From contig NW_003314345.1 in NCBI RefSeq assembly GCF_000143415.4, positions 142,574-206,573 on the forward strand: a stretch of 64,000 bases of DNA, given 5' to 3'. Every line of letters starts with the position of its first letter. The first letter of the stretch is position 1. The position numbers and the translations under genes are program-made. Shown in pieces: positions 40,766 through 50,589 of this stretch. The notes beneath the pieces were generated by a model. That model searched no databases. It was given only the letters and a program-made list of their open reading frames with translations, and was not told where the DNA came from. Origin of the DNA: Selaginella moellendorffii. Its lineage: Eukaryota > Plantae > Lycopodiophyta.

Positions 40766-42875
40766 ATGAAGAAGCTCGGATTCTTGGCGGAGACGCTCTG
40801 CTCGCAGCAATTCGTCAAGCTCGTCCTCGCCGCGGCTTTGCTCGCCTCCATCTTCCTCTACATCGGATCTCTCGTCGGCGATGACAGCAGCAGCAGCGGC
40901 GCCGTCCAGCTCAGGCGGCCGCATTCTGGTAAATTTCGCTCTTGCCCGCCATAACTTCTCACTGATTTGATCGATCGCGATGGCAGATGATTTGTCACCC
41001 AACACGGTTCGTCTGTCACTTCGATCCCAGCCACTCCAGATCCCTCCCGATGGAGTCAGCCTCTGCCCAAGCAACTTTACCGAGTACATCCCATGCCACG
41101 ATGCAAACTACATTGCTTCCATCTCCAGCAAGCTCAATTTCTCGAGAAGGGAGCACTTGGAGCGACAATGCCCCCCACCAAACCAGCGTCCTTTCTGCCT
41201 TGTTCCTCCACCAAAGTCCTACAAGCTTCCCATCCGGTGGCCCCAGAGCCGAGACTATGTGTGGAGGAGCAACGTAAACCATACCCGGCTAGCCGAAGTG
41301 AAAGGTGGCCAGAACTGGGTCCACGTTAAAGGCTCCACGATGTGGTTTCCGGGAGGAGGGACGCATTTCAAGCATGGAGCTCCCGAGTACATCCAGAGGT
41401 AACACTTCTTTCCTTCTCTCTTTTGATCCACTGATCCATCAACTTCGTGTAGACAGGCTAGGAAACATGACCACGGATTGGAAAGGAGATTTACAGACTG
41501 CTGGAGTGGCTCGAGTTTTGGACGTTGGCTGCGGAGTTGCAAGCTTTGCAGCTTATCTCTTCAACCTCGACATCCAGACCATGTCGTTTGCGCCGCTTGA
41601 CTCTCACGAGAATCAGATCCAGTTCGCTCTGGAACGAGGAATACCGGCTCTTGTTGCGGCGCTTGGAACCAAGCGCTTGCCGTATCCTTCCAGATCCTTC
41701 GATGCTGTTCACTGTTCCCGCTGTCGCGTCGATTGGCACGAAGATGGTAAGCATTAGTTGGAATCTCGTGCATGATATAAAAATGTTCTTTTCCGTGAAT
41801 CTGCAGGAGGTATTTTGCTCAGGGAAATGGACCGGATTTTAAGACCTGGTGGCTTCTTCATCTATTCTGCACCTCCAGCTTATCGCAAAGACAAGGATTT
41901 CCCTGAAGTTTGGAACATCCTGACCAACATTACAGAATCTCTTTGCTGGAAGCTGATCGCACGGCACGTCCAGACTGCGGTTTGGAGGAAGACCGCCGAC
42001 AGGTCCTGTCAGCTCGCCAAGTCCAAGCTGTGCGCTAACCAAAGCAAGGAGTCTCTAGACAACTCGTGGAACAAGCCACTGGACGACTGCATTGCCTTGT
42101 CTGAGGACAATGATGCCAATTTCGTCCAACTTCCTTCATGGCCGGAACGGCTTACAACTTACTCGAACCAGCTCGGTAACTTTGTTATATACTCCAGTAT
42201 GTGGTAACGGGATTTCTTTTGCACAGGGATCAGCTCATCTTCTTTCAAAGAAGACACATCTCTCTGGGAAGGCAAAGTTGGAGACTATTGGAAGCTGCTT
42301 AATGTATCCGAAAATTCCATTCGGAACGTTATGGATATGAATGCTGGATACGGAGGCTTTGCTGCTGCCTTGTTACTACAGAACAAGCCCGTGTGGATCA
42401 TGAACGTGGTTCCATCGGAATCTACCAACACTCTCAACGTTGTCTATGGTCGAGGCCTCGTAGGCACCTTGCATAGCTGGTACGTAGGCTTGCTCGTATT
42501 CACTTGGCTTTCTTCTCATTTCTTGCATCCACAGGTGCGAAAGCTTTTCGAGCTACCCGAGGAGCTACGACTTGTTGCACGCATATCGCGTGATGTCCCT
42601 CTATCCAGGGAGAAAAGGGTGCCAGATCGAAGATATAATGCTGGAAATGGATCGGCTGCTGAGACCGAATGTAAGTTTTCTCATTTGACTTCTAGGAGTT
42701 GATTCTAGCAACTACGACGCAGGCTCTTGCGATCTTTCAAGATTCCTCACGTGCGGTGCAGCGCATACTGGAGTTGGCACCAAGGTTCCTGTGGGTTGCC
42801 AGAGTCCATCGCATTCTTGAAAAAGACGAGCAGCTTCTTATATGCTCTAAGAAGTTCTGGATCGTCGACGTGTAA
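40766..42875 (+). CDS. Probable methyltransferase PMT (DUF248, type II membrane)
   Basis: N-terminal transmembrane segment, [52 protein letters not shown] and [10 protein letters not shown]. Confidence 0.93.
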
Positions 42876-43408
42876 GGTAGAGTATGGTGATGATTAGTCT
42901 TTAGTCTTCGAAGTTTTCCAGACAATGCACTGTGGCGACAGTAACAACAGGGTTGTCAGTATTCTCAGGCAGACACAACGATTTCGTTTAGGAGCTATTG
43001 TAGTCCAGCAAAGGTCCTAAGCGAGAGGCATGTGGTTAGTTTGTGCCAACATGATTCTCCAGGTATCCTACACCGACCAAAGCCAGCTTGCGCGAGGTAA
43101 AAGTTCGTTTTCGTTATTTCTTTTTACTCTGCTTTGTGCTACTTATGAGCTACTGCTGCAGGATATCCACGCGAAGATCATGTCAAGAGGCTGAGACTTT
43201 GGAACTCACTCGGAGTTGGAGTTTTTTGTCATCTCCAAGAGCTGTGCAGACATTTCCGGAGCCGGATTGGTGAAATTTCACTAGGAGGACATAGAAAATC
43301 ATTTAAACATATATTAAGTTGACGAAATCTCTATCAAGTATTAAAATGCCTATTCAGCAATTAAACAATGGCTTGATACAAATTCTTCCTTTGTATTCGT
43401 TGTCTGAT

Positions 43409-43480
43409 GTCGATGTAGTATAGTGGTGAGTATTTCCGCCTGTCACGCGGACGACCCGGGTTCGATCCCCGGCAACGGCG
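43409..43480 (+). tRNA. tRNA-Asp(GUC)
   Basis: Full 72-nt cloverleaf with anticodon arm tccgc-ctgtcac-gcgga. One A:A mismatch in the acceptor stem. Confidence 0.88.
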
Positions 43481-43586
43481 AGATTGCTTATAATTATAAA
43501 CTTTATTTGATCAATTGATCAATTGAATTAATAAATAATAACAAAACTACTATTAAGCAAACTAAACATATTTATTTAAGGTATTC

Positions 43587-44624
43587 CTATGCATGCATTT
43601 GCTGAAAGGGACAACGCAATCCTCCATCGTAGTATGGTCCAATCTTGCCGGATTTCAGCACTCCCAGCTCCGCCAGCTTGTATCCCTTCTCAAATGCTGG
43701 TGGCCGATACACATTCACGTTGAGCTGCCGGTACTCTTCCGGATTGGCAGCGGGATTGGGACACCAGTCCACCTCAATGCTGCCCTTCGCATCCTCCACA
43801 CGTCTGGGAGGCATAAATGCGGACACGCAGCTCCCGGCCAGCAGCTTGAACGCACCCAAGATGATCCACTCCACGATCACGGGGGGCTTTTCCAATCCAA
43901 CAGCGCTCCTGATTGTGGGATCGATGAGCGCGCAGATCCCAGTCTCTACCAGCGGCTGCACGGGCTGAGGAAACGCGTCCAGCACCAGATGCTTGAGATC
44001 CTGGACGATGCTCTTGTTCTTGTCCGTGAAGATGGCGTTCTTGGCCTCGTACTCGCAAATGTAGTCTCGCATCTCGGAAATGCTGTCTGGGATGTTTGTG
44101 ATGCCCATCCTCACGCCCACGTCGTGCCACACAACATACGCGGCCTCCTTCTCGTTGTCGGTCCACTTGCGGAATCCAAACTTCTCGGAGAAATCAATGG
44201 GACTGATCACGTTGAGGCAGAGGACGTAGGCGAATTGGTCGTTTGGGATCTTGAATTTGTTGTGGATTCCATTCAATCTCCTCACCGCGTACGAGCCGCG
44301 ATCGCTGTCGACGTGGTGGTGGATCATCTCGCTCACCAGAATGTTGGTCTCGGCGGCGCGCTTCTGGGGATCCTTGAGGCCGTACTTGGTCTTGAAGAGC
44401 AGATTTGTGATCCCGGGGATGCCCAGCGTGCGGATGGTGCCAAACTCGAGCGCCTTTTGTGAGAGGAAGGGGAATTCCACCGAGTACATATACCACAAGA
44501 TCTTGTGGGCATCTCTCACGGGGTGGAGTGACGCTAGAAATCTCGCTCTCTCTTTTCTCTTGCCAATGCACACCATCTTCCATGCTGCAGCCATCAACAC
44601 GATCATCAACAAGATTGCAGCCAT
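43587..44624 (-). CDS. MpaB/DUF2236 (ER-bound oxygenase / rubber oxygenase-like) protein, intronless, 345 aa
   Basis: N-terminal hydrophobic anchor, EFPF..KALEFG..RT.GIP.I..LL..T, KRAAET, RLNGIH, NDQFAYVL, FGFRKWTDNEK and VG.RMGI..IP, ending RCPF. Confidence 0.85.
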   Translation of the reverse strand: MAAILLMIVLMAAAWKMVCIGKRKERARFLASLHPVRDAHKILWYMYSVEFPFLSQKALEFGTIRTLGIPGITNLLFKTKYGLKDPQKRAAETNILVSEMIHHHVDSDRGSYAVRRLNGIHNKFKIPNDQFAYVLCLNVISPIDFSEKFGFRKWTDNEKEAAYVVWHDVGVRMGITNIPDSISEMRDYICEYEAKNAIFTDKNKSIVQDLKHLVLDAFPQPVQPLVETGICALIDPTIRSAVGLEKPPVIVEWIILGAFKLLAGSCVSAFMPPRRVEDAKGSIEVDWCPNPAANPEEYRQLNVNVYRPPAFEKGYKLAELGVLKSGKIGPYYDGGLRCPFQQMHA

Positions 44625-44982
44625 TTGGAAAGGAAAACTGTTTGATCGGTCCTGAAAACAGCTACTCTTCTGTGGGTTATGAAACAGGGGCAGGAGAAGA
44701 GGTATTTATCCTACAGAGATCACATCTCACGTTTTTAATTCCATGGTTCACCGTATCTTATTCCGTGCACGTAACCAGTATGTCCCATAAGTTGCACGTT
44801 TTCCATTTGGTCCTACCAAAACGTCTACACATCCTTGTTTACAATGTGCAAGTTAACGACAGATCACTTGCAAGCCTAAGACCACCCGAAAAGAATAACA
44901 TTGCCTAACCCTTAGCATGCTTATCTACCTGGTTATCTACCTGGTTTGTTTACAGTCCATTTGTGCCCAATGGGGTGCAATC

Positions 44983-45200
44983 TTGTAGTATCTGGTGAGT
45001 ATTTCCACCTGTCACCTTGGCTACTGTGCAGTTTTTCCTTGCATCACAAATGTTGAGGCAGATACACATTAATGGGGCAGCGCGAGTGGGACTGCCCTTG
45101 GCATCCTCCACATTTCTACCATGAACTGATTCCACTCCACAATCACCCAGGGCTTTTCCAATGGGATCGCCACCATTGGGTCTCTGGAGCCAATCCCCGA
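44983..45200. pseudogene. Old tRNA-Asp relic (+) and MpaB 3' relic (-)
   Basis: ttgtagtatctggtgagtatttccacctgtcac. The minus strand carries ttggaaaagccc..gtgattgtggagtgg..tgtggaggatgccaagggcag. Confidence 0.65.
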
Positions 45201-45329
45201 GCAAAACAATTGCCAAACTTTTTCTTTCTCTGTGTTTGAATCTATTATCTGGAAGGTCTCCAGCCCATATGTTCGGCAGTCAGTTCTTTGTTTGATTGTC
45301 CACTAATAATGAATTATTATTTACTCTAC

Positions 45330-46200
45330 TGGTTTCATAACGGTCTAGAGAGAGAGTAGCCTCAGCCATGTGTAGCCTGGGCATCTTCCACGTCCACGTC
45401 CTTGACCTCCTGTTTGCGGACCGGGCATCGCCGGTCTGCCCAGGCCGTCACCACGCTCCGATTACGCTATGGAGATTGTGCATCTCCAGTCAGTATCTCG
45501 AAGCGTTTGCAGAGTTCGTTTCCCGAGTGGGTTGTAGACTGGAGGCCCGATTGTTCGAGTGATGTTTACATTGGCGAGATAGTATTGGAATTTTGTCTTG
45601 CGATCTGCGCCACGTAGCCAGCTTTTGAATGCCAGGCTGATCCAGCTATCGGGGACAGTGGTAACTGGTTGCTGGAGGAGAGTGTCCAGATCGACTTTAA
45701 GTTTCTTTGTCCGTCGCCTACAGTCATACCACCAGCCCGTGTTGTGACTGTCTGCGAGCAACTGGGAATCTTGAATTGCCACACACACACAGTGTCTCTG
45801 CGGGCGGTTAGGAGGAATTGGAGTGTGTCTCTCCACGCCAGGATTTCTGTTGGCATGGGAATTGGTTACAGCGCCCGAATTCCGGGCACCAATACAGGAG
45901 GATCAGGGGTGCTGTAATGTGTGCATCGCACATCTGTCGCATCCCATCGATATATGTTCGCGTTTCGCAGACTTGCCAAAAGTTGACGGTGTGCTCGTTG
46001 AGCAGCAGCAAGCTTGGTGTGCACTTCTACCTTCTAAGGACGTTGCTGATGCAGGGTGATGCTTGTACTGTGTTGCTCTTGTGGCATCATGGCCTGAATA
46101 TAACAGGGGGGGGTCCCTTCCCGAAAGCCAGCAGCTCTGTAGCTCTGTGTCTTACTGAGAGCTGTGTTCGTGCGCAGAATCTCGCGAGCGCATCACCCTG
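45330..46200 (-). mobile_element. Possible LINE ORF2 3' remnant in the spacer of the inverted repeat
   Basis: Broken Trp-rich reading frames (WWYDCRR..., WISLAFKSWLR). Unique in the window. The similarity is weak. Confidence 0.25.
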
Positions 46201-46392
46201 AACCACAATAAATAGAGTGTACTTGTGACCCACAAATTGCATAGACCACATGTTGTAAACGTACAATACAGGGACTATAGATTTTTTTATTGATGTTAAA
46301 TGAGTGGCTGAAAGAATGCACAGATCAAACAGCGTGCACGTTAGTGCTACATGAATAAAAAACGTGAAATGTGATCTCTATTGGATCACTGG

Positions 46393-46400
46393 TATAAATA
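46393..46400 (+). promoter_or_regulatory. TATA box of the MpaB-like gene
   Basis: tataaata about 95 bp upstream of ATG 46495, conserved upstream of the 27195 copy. Confidence 0.6.
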
Positions 46401-46494
46401 CCCCTTCTCTTGCCCATGTTTTCACCAACCTAGTTCTTTCTTTTGCACGCCCAGATTTTAGATCAAACAGTTTTCACAACGCAACCATTTCAGA

Positions 46495-47532
46495 ATGGCT
46501 GCAATCTTGTTGATGATCGTGTTGATGGCTGCAGCATGGAAGATGGTGTGCATTGGCAAGAGAAAAGAGAGAGCGAGATTTCTAGCGTCACTCCACCCCG
46601 TGAGAGATGCCCACAAGATCTTGTGGTATATGTACTCGGTGGAATTCCCCTTCCTCTCACAAAAGGCGCTCGAGTTTGGCACCATCCGCACGCTGGGCAT
46701 CCCCGGGATCACAAATCTGCTCTTCAAGACCAAGTACGGCCTCAAGGATCCCGAGAAGCGCGCCGCCGAGACCAACATTCTGGTGAGCGAGATGATCCAC
46801 CACCACGTCGACAGCGATCGCGGCTCGTACGCGGTGAGGAGATTGAATGGAATCCACAACAAATTCAAGATCCCAAACGACCAATTCGCCTACGTCCTCT
46901 GCCTCAACGTGATCAGTCCCATTGATTTCTCCGAGAAGTTTGGATTCCGCAAGTGGACCGACAACGAGAAGGAGGCCGCGTATGTTGTGTGGCACGACGT
47001 GGGCGTGAGGATGGGCATCACAAACATCCCAGACAGCATTTCCGAGATGCGAGACTACATTTGCGAGTACGAGGCCAAGAACGCCATCTTCACGGACAAG
47101 AACAAGAGCATCGTCCAGGATCTCAAGCATCTGGTGCTGGACGCGTTTCCTCAGCCCGTGCAGCCGCTGGTAGAGACTGGGATCTGCGCGCTCATCGATC
47201 CCACAATCAGGAGCGCTGTTGGATTGGAAAAGCCCCCCGTGATCGTGGAGTGGATCGTCTTGGGTGCGTTCAAGCTGCTGGCCGGGAGCTGCGTGTCCGC
47301 ATTTATGCCTCCCAGACGTGTGGAGGATGCGAAGGGCAGCATTGAGGTGGACTGGTGTCCTAATCCCGCTGCCAATCCGGAAGAGTACCGGCAGCTCAAC
47401 GTGAATGTGTATCGGCCACCAGCATTTGAGAAGGGATACAAGCTGGCGGAGCTGGGAGTGCTGAAATCCGGCAAGATTGGACCATACTACGATGGGGGAT
47501 TACGTTGTCCCTTTCAGCAAATGCATGCATAG
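46495..47532 (+). CDS. MpaB/DUF2236-like oxygenase, intronless, 345 aa
   Basis: Differs from the 43587-44624 protein by 2 residues (Q/E, I/V). Confidence 0.85.
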   Translation: MAAILLMIVLMAAAWKMVCIGKRKERARFLASLHPVRDAHKILWYMYSVEFPFLSQKALEFGTIRTLGIPGITNLLFKTKYGLKDPEKRAAETNILVSEMIHHHVDSDRGSYAVRRLNGIHNKFKIPNDQFAYVLCLNVISPIDFSEKFGFRKWTDNEKEAAYVVWHDVGVRMGITNIPDSISEMRDYICEYEAKNAIFTDKNKSIVQDLKHLVLDAFPQPVQPLVETGICALIDPTIRSAVGLEKPPVIVEWIVLGAFKLLAGSCVSAFMPPRRVEDAKGSIEVDWCPNPAANPEEYRQLNVNVYRPPAFEKGYKLAELGVLKSGKIGPYYDGGLRCPFQQMHA

Positions 47533-47592
47533 AAATACCTTTAATAAATTGTTATGGTTTTGTTATTACTTATTAATCCAATTGATTAATCT

Positions 47593-47664
47593 CGCCGTTG
47601 CCGGGGATCGAACCCAGGTCGTCCGCGTGACAGGCGGAAATACTCACCAGTATACTACAACGAC
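47593..47664 (-). tRNA. tRNA-Asp(GUC)
   Basis: Full cloverleaf, with D-loop variant ACTGG and one G-U pair in the T stem. Confidence 0.85.
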
Positions 47665-48279
47665 ATCAGACAACTAATAGAACTTAATTGCGCTCCTCGG
47701 ACCGTTGGTTCGCGGAAGGAACCCGGACGGCATGTCTGCGTTGAGCGGTTGCGATGGTCTCGGGGCCCTTTGGATCCAACGACCAGTACCTGCTCTCCAT
47801 CCGACGCACGAGTGTGTGCCACGCACGCGGGCCCCCTCTGGACGGCGTGGATTGCCGGACGCTTGACAAGCAGCTCAATGTGGTGCATGGTTTTTGGGAG
47901 AAACGGGACAGTGTGGTGAGGAGCCTCTTTCTCCTCTTTCTCCTCTCTCCTCTCCTCTCCTCCTCCATCGCATTAGGGATTGCGCTATCCCTTCCGCCGG
48001 GGCGCTGGCGCCATGAATCGCAGGCGCGTGGCTCCAGATTTTGGATACAATGCAGGGGTGCGCCGCGAATCCCATCCAGATTTGGGCAAGGCAATGCGGT
48101 GGATGATCTTCAAGGCGATCGATCTAGCTCCATTGGGAGCGGCGGCGAGGATTTGAAGCATCTGGATCGCGTATTATGCCAGCATCGAGCTCCGGCGCCG
48201 CGAAATATCACTGTGGATAGGCAGAGTAGCTCAGGATAGGGATTTCGGGCATCCGGCATCATGCCTCCCAGTAGAAGAA

Positions 48280-48496
48280 GCTCATCGGCGTCCCTCCTCC
48301 AGCAGCGCGGCAAGGGAGGCACAAAGCCTACCGCCATCACAAACTGGATTCCCTGCCAGGCTGCAGTAACATTCACCACAAATAAGATGAAAAACATGCT
48401 GGAACAGACGCTTACGAAAGAGTGAACACGCCACTCCCGGTGTTCAGGTTTGTGATCTTATTGTTATCCAGCTGGACATTAACAAGGGATGAAATC
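48280..48496 (-). pseudogene. Captured LRR receptor-like gene fragment with one intron
   Basis: Mirror copy of 61906-62120. Confidence 0.6.
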
Positions 48497-48834
48497 AATT
48501 GCTGAACAGACATTTTAATACTTGATAGAGATTTCGTCAGTTGAATATATGTTTAAATGATTTCTATGTCCTCCTAAAGTGAATTTCATGGACTGTCGGC
48601 TCAGGAAACGTCTGCACAGCTCTTGGGCATGACAAAAACTCCACCTCCGAGTGAGTTCCAAAGTCTTGGCCTCTTACATGACCTTCGCATAGATATCCTG
48701 CAGCAGTAGCTCAAGTAGCACAAAGCAGAGAAAACGAAAACGAACTTTTACCTCGTGCAAGCTGGCTTTGATCGGTGTAGGAGCTATGACCACACCTGGA
48801 GATTCATGTTGGCACAAACTAACCAAGATATGCA

Positions 48835-49023
48835 TGGTGCCAAACTCGAGCGTCTTTTGTGAGAGGAAGGGGAATTCCACCCAGTACATATACCACAAGA
48901 TCTTGTGGGCATCTCTCACGGGGTGGAGTGACGCTAGAAATCTCGCTCTATCTTTTCTCTTGCCAATGCACACCATCTTCCAGCCATCATGAGCAACACG
49001 GTCATCAACAAGATTGCAGCCAT
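48835..49023 (-). pseudogene. 5' fragment of the MpaB-like gene fused to PMT 3' flank
   Basis: MVCIGKRKDRARFLASLHPVRDAHKILWYMYWVEFPFLSQKTLEFGT, then unrelated flank sequence. Confidence 0.85.
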
Positions 49024-49381
49024 TTGGAAATGAAAACTGTTTGATCGGTCCTGAAAACAGCTTTTGTTTTCTACACTCCTCTGTGGGTTATGAAACAGGG
49101 GCAGGAGAAGAGGTAGTTATCCTACAGAGATCACATCTCACATTTTTAATTCCATGGTTCACCGTATCTTATTCCGTGCACGTAACCAGTATGTCCCATA
49201 AGTTGCACGTTTTCCATTTGGTCCTACCAAAACGTCTACACATCCTTGTTTACAATGTGCAAGTTAACGACAGATCACTTGCAAGCCTAAGACCACCCGA
49301 AAAGAATAACATTGCCTAACCCTTAGCATGCTTATCTACCTGGTTTGTTTACAGTCCATTTGTGCCCAATGGGGTGCAATC

Positions 49382-49590
49382 TTGTAGTATCTGGTGAGTA
49401 TTTCCACCTGTCACCCTGGCTGCTGTGCAGTTTTTCCTTGCATCACAAATGTTGAATGGCAGATACACATTAATGGGGCAGCGCGAGTGGGACTGCCCTT
49501 GGCATCCTCCACATTTCTACCATGAACTGATTCCACTCCACAATCACCCAGGGCTTTTCCAATGGGATCGCCACCATTGGGTCTCTGGAG
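49382..49590. pseudogene. Old tRNA-Asp relic and MpaB 3' relic
   Basis: Same sequence as 44983-45200. Confidence 0.65.
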
Positions 49591-50476
49591 CCAATCCCCG
49601 AGCAAAACAATTGCCAAACTTTTTCTTTCTCTGTGTTTGAATCTATTATCTGGAAGGTCTCCAGCCCATATGTTCGGCAGTCAGTTCTTTGTTTTACAGG
49701 CATTCATGACAAATGGATTGTCTCACAAATTCATGACTCACTAATAATGAACTGTTGTGATTTTCTCAGAAGTGCCAAATATCCCTGGCTTGCCCTCTGT
49801 GACGCCACACAGCTTGGACTAATCGACAACCATGGACGAGGAGGAGAAGCAATCCATGGAGCTCTTGTGAGAGGCATTTCCAAATGCTCCTGCCTGGGAT
49901 CTCGAGCAAGAACAGCAAGGACAGTGCCAGGTCAAAAAGGCCCTCCCCACTCAGACTTTCTTAGATAAAATGGTGATCATTCTGGCTCATGCCAGGGAGC
50001 AGCTGTGTCTTGTAGAGAAGTGCAAGGCTGTGAGCTGACTTGCAATTGCAAGCTGTGGAGATCATGCCTAAGAGCAAGGCCTAAGAACAGAAAAATTAGA
50101 GGATGGCCTTTTTAGTTTCATATATCAAGAAAGAAATGATAAAAGATTCTATTGTATCTTTTATCTGTTCTTTACTTTTTAAAAAACCTTGATCTAAAGT
50201 CATTCATTGACTTTACTTGATTTAAACCAAATGATTTTGGCTTTGGTTCTAAGTTATGTTTTACAAACTTTAGTTAAGGTGGTGGGAAGTTAGGATGTTC
50301 TAATCAAGACATCACTTTCTTCAAGTTCATTTCTCTTTTTTCTTCTCATTTTATTGTTTTTTCATATAGTCTTTTCCATTAGAATCAACCACTTAAGGAC
50401 TTCACATACACCTTAATTGTGAATCTCTCTAAAAATAAATATTGAAGCTAACATTCCTCTAAAGTAGGGAAAAGGG

Positions 50477-50537
50477 GTTCCTTGACTTGGTGGCCCATGT
50501 AGGTTTCGAACCTACATGGGCCACCAGGTCGAGGAAC
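50477..50537. repeat. 61-nt hairpin with a 29-bp stem
   Basis: gttccttgacttggtggcccatgtaggtt-tcg-aacctacatgggccaccaggtcgaggaac. Confidence 0.85.
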
Positions 50538-50589
50538 AAAGTCCTCCTTGCGCCTTTGGAAGGGTCGCACTGGGGTTTCAAATGTATAG

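Larger units (their letters stand above)
46400..49674. repeat. Left arm of a ~3.3-kb near-perfect inverted repeat
   Basis: Mirror-image ORFs with 60738-64000 (coordinate sums about 110400-110412). Confidence 0.93.

Noticed and set aside
43593-44462. Long antisense ORFs over the oxygenase, PPR and peroxidase genes
   Set aside because: Expected from GC-rich codon bias, with no recognisable motifs.
40766-47532. Mycophenolate-like biosynthetic cluster (MpaB plus a methyltransferase)
   Set aside because: The methyltransferase is a plant DUF248/PMT Golgi-type enzyme, not a small-molecule O-methyltransferase. No PKS or prenyltransferase is in the window.
43587-47532. Microbial contamination as the source of the oxygenase genes
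   Set aside because: Copies are interleaved with plant tRNA, PMT flank and TE sequence, and have decayed in place.
47684-48397. ORFs of 95-161 aa in the 0.8-kb insert that look conserved at 62 kb
   Set aside because: The identity reflects the recent inverted duplication only. No domain is recognisable apart from the spliced LRR fragment.
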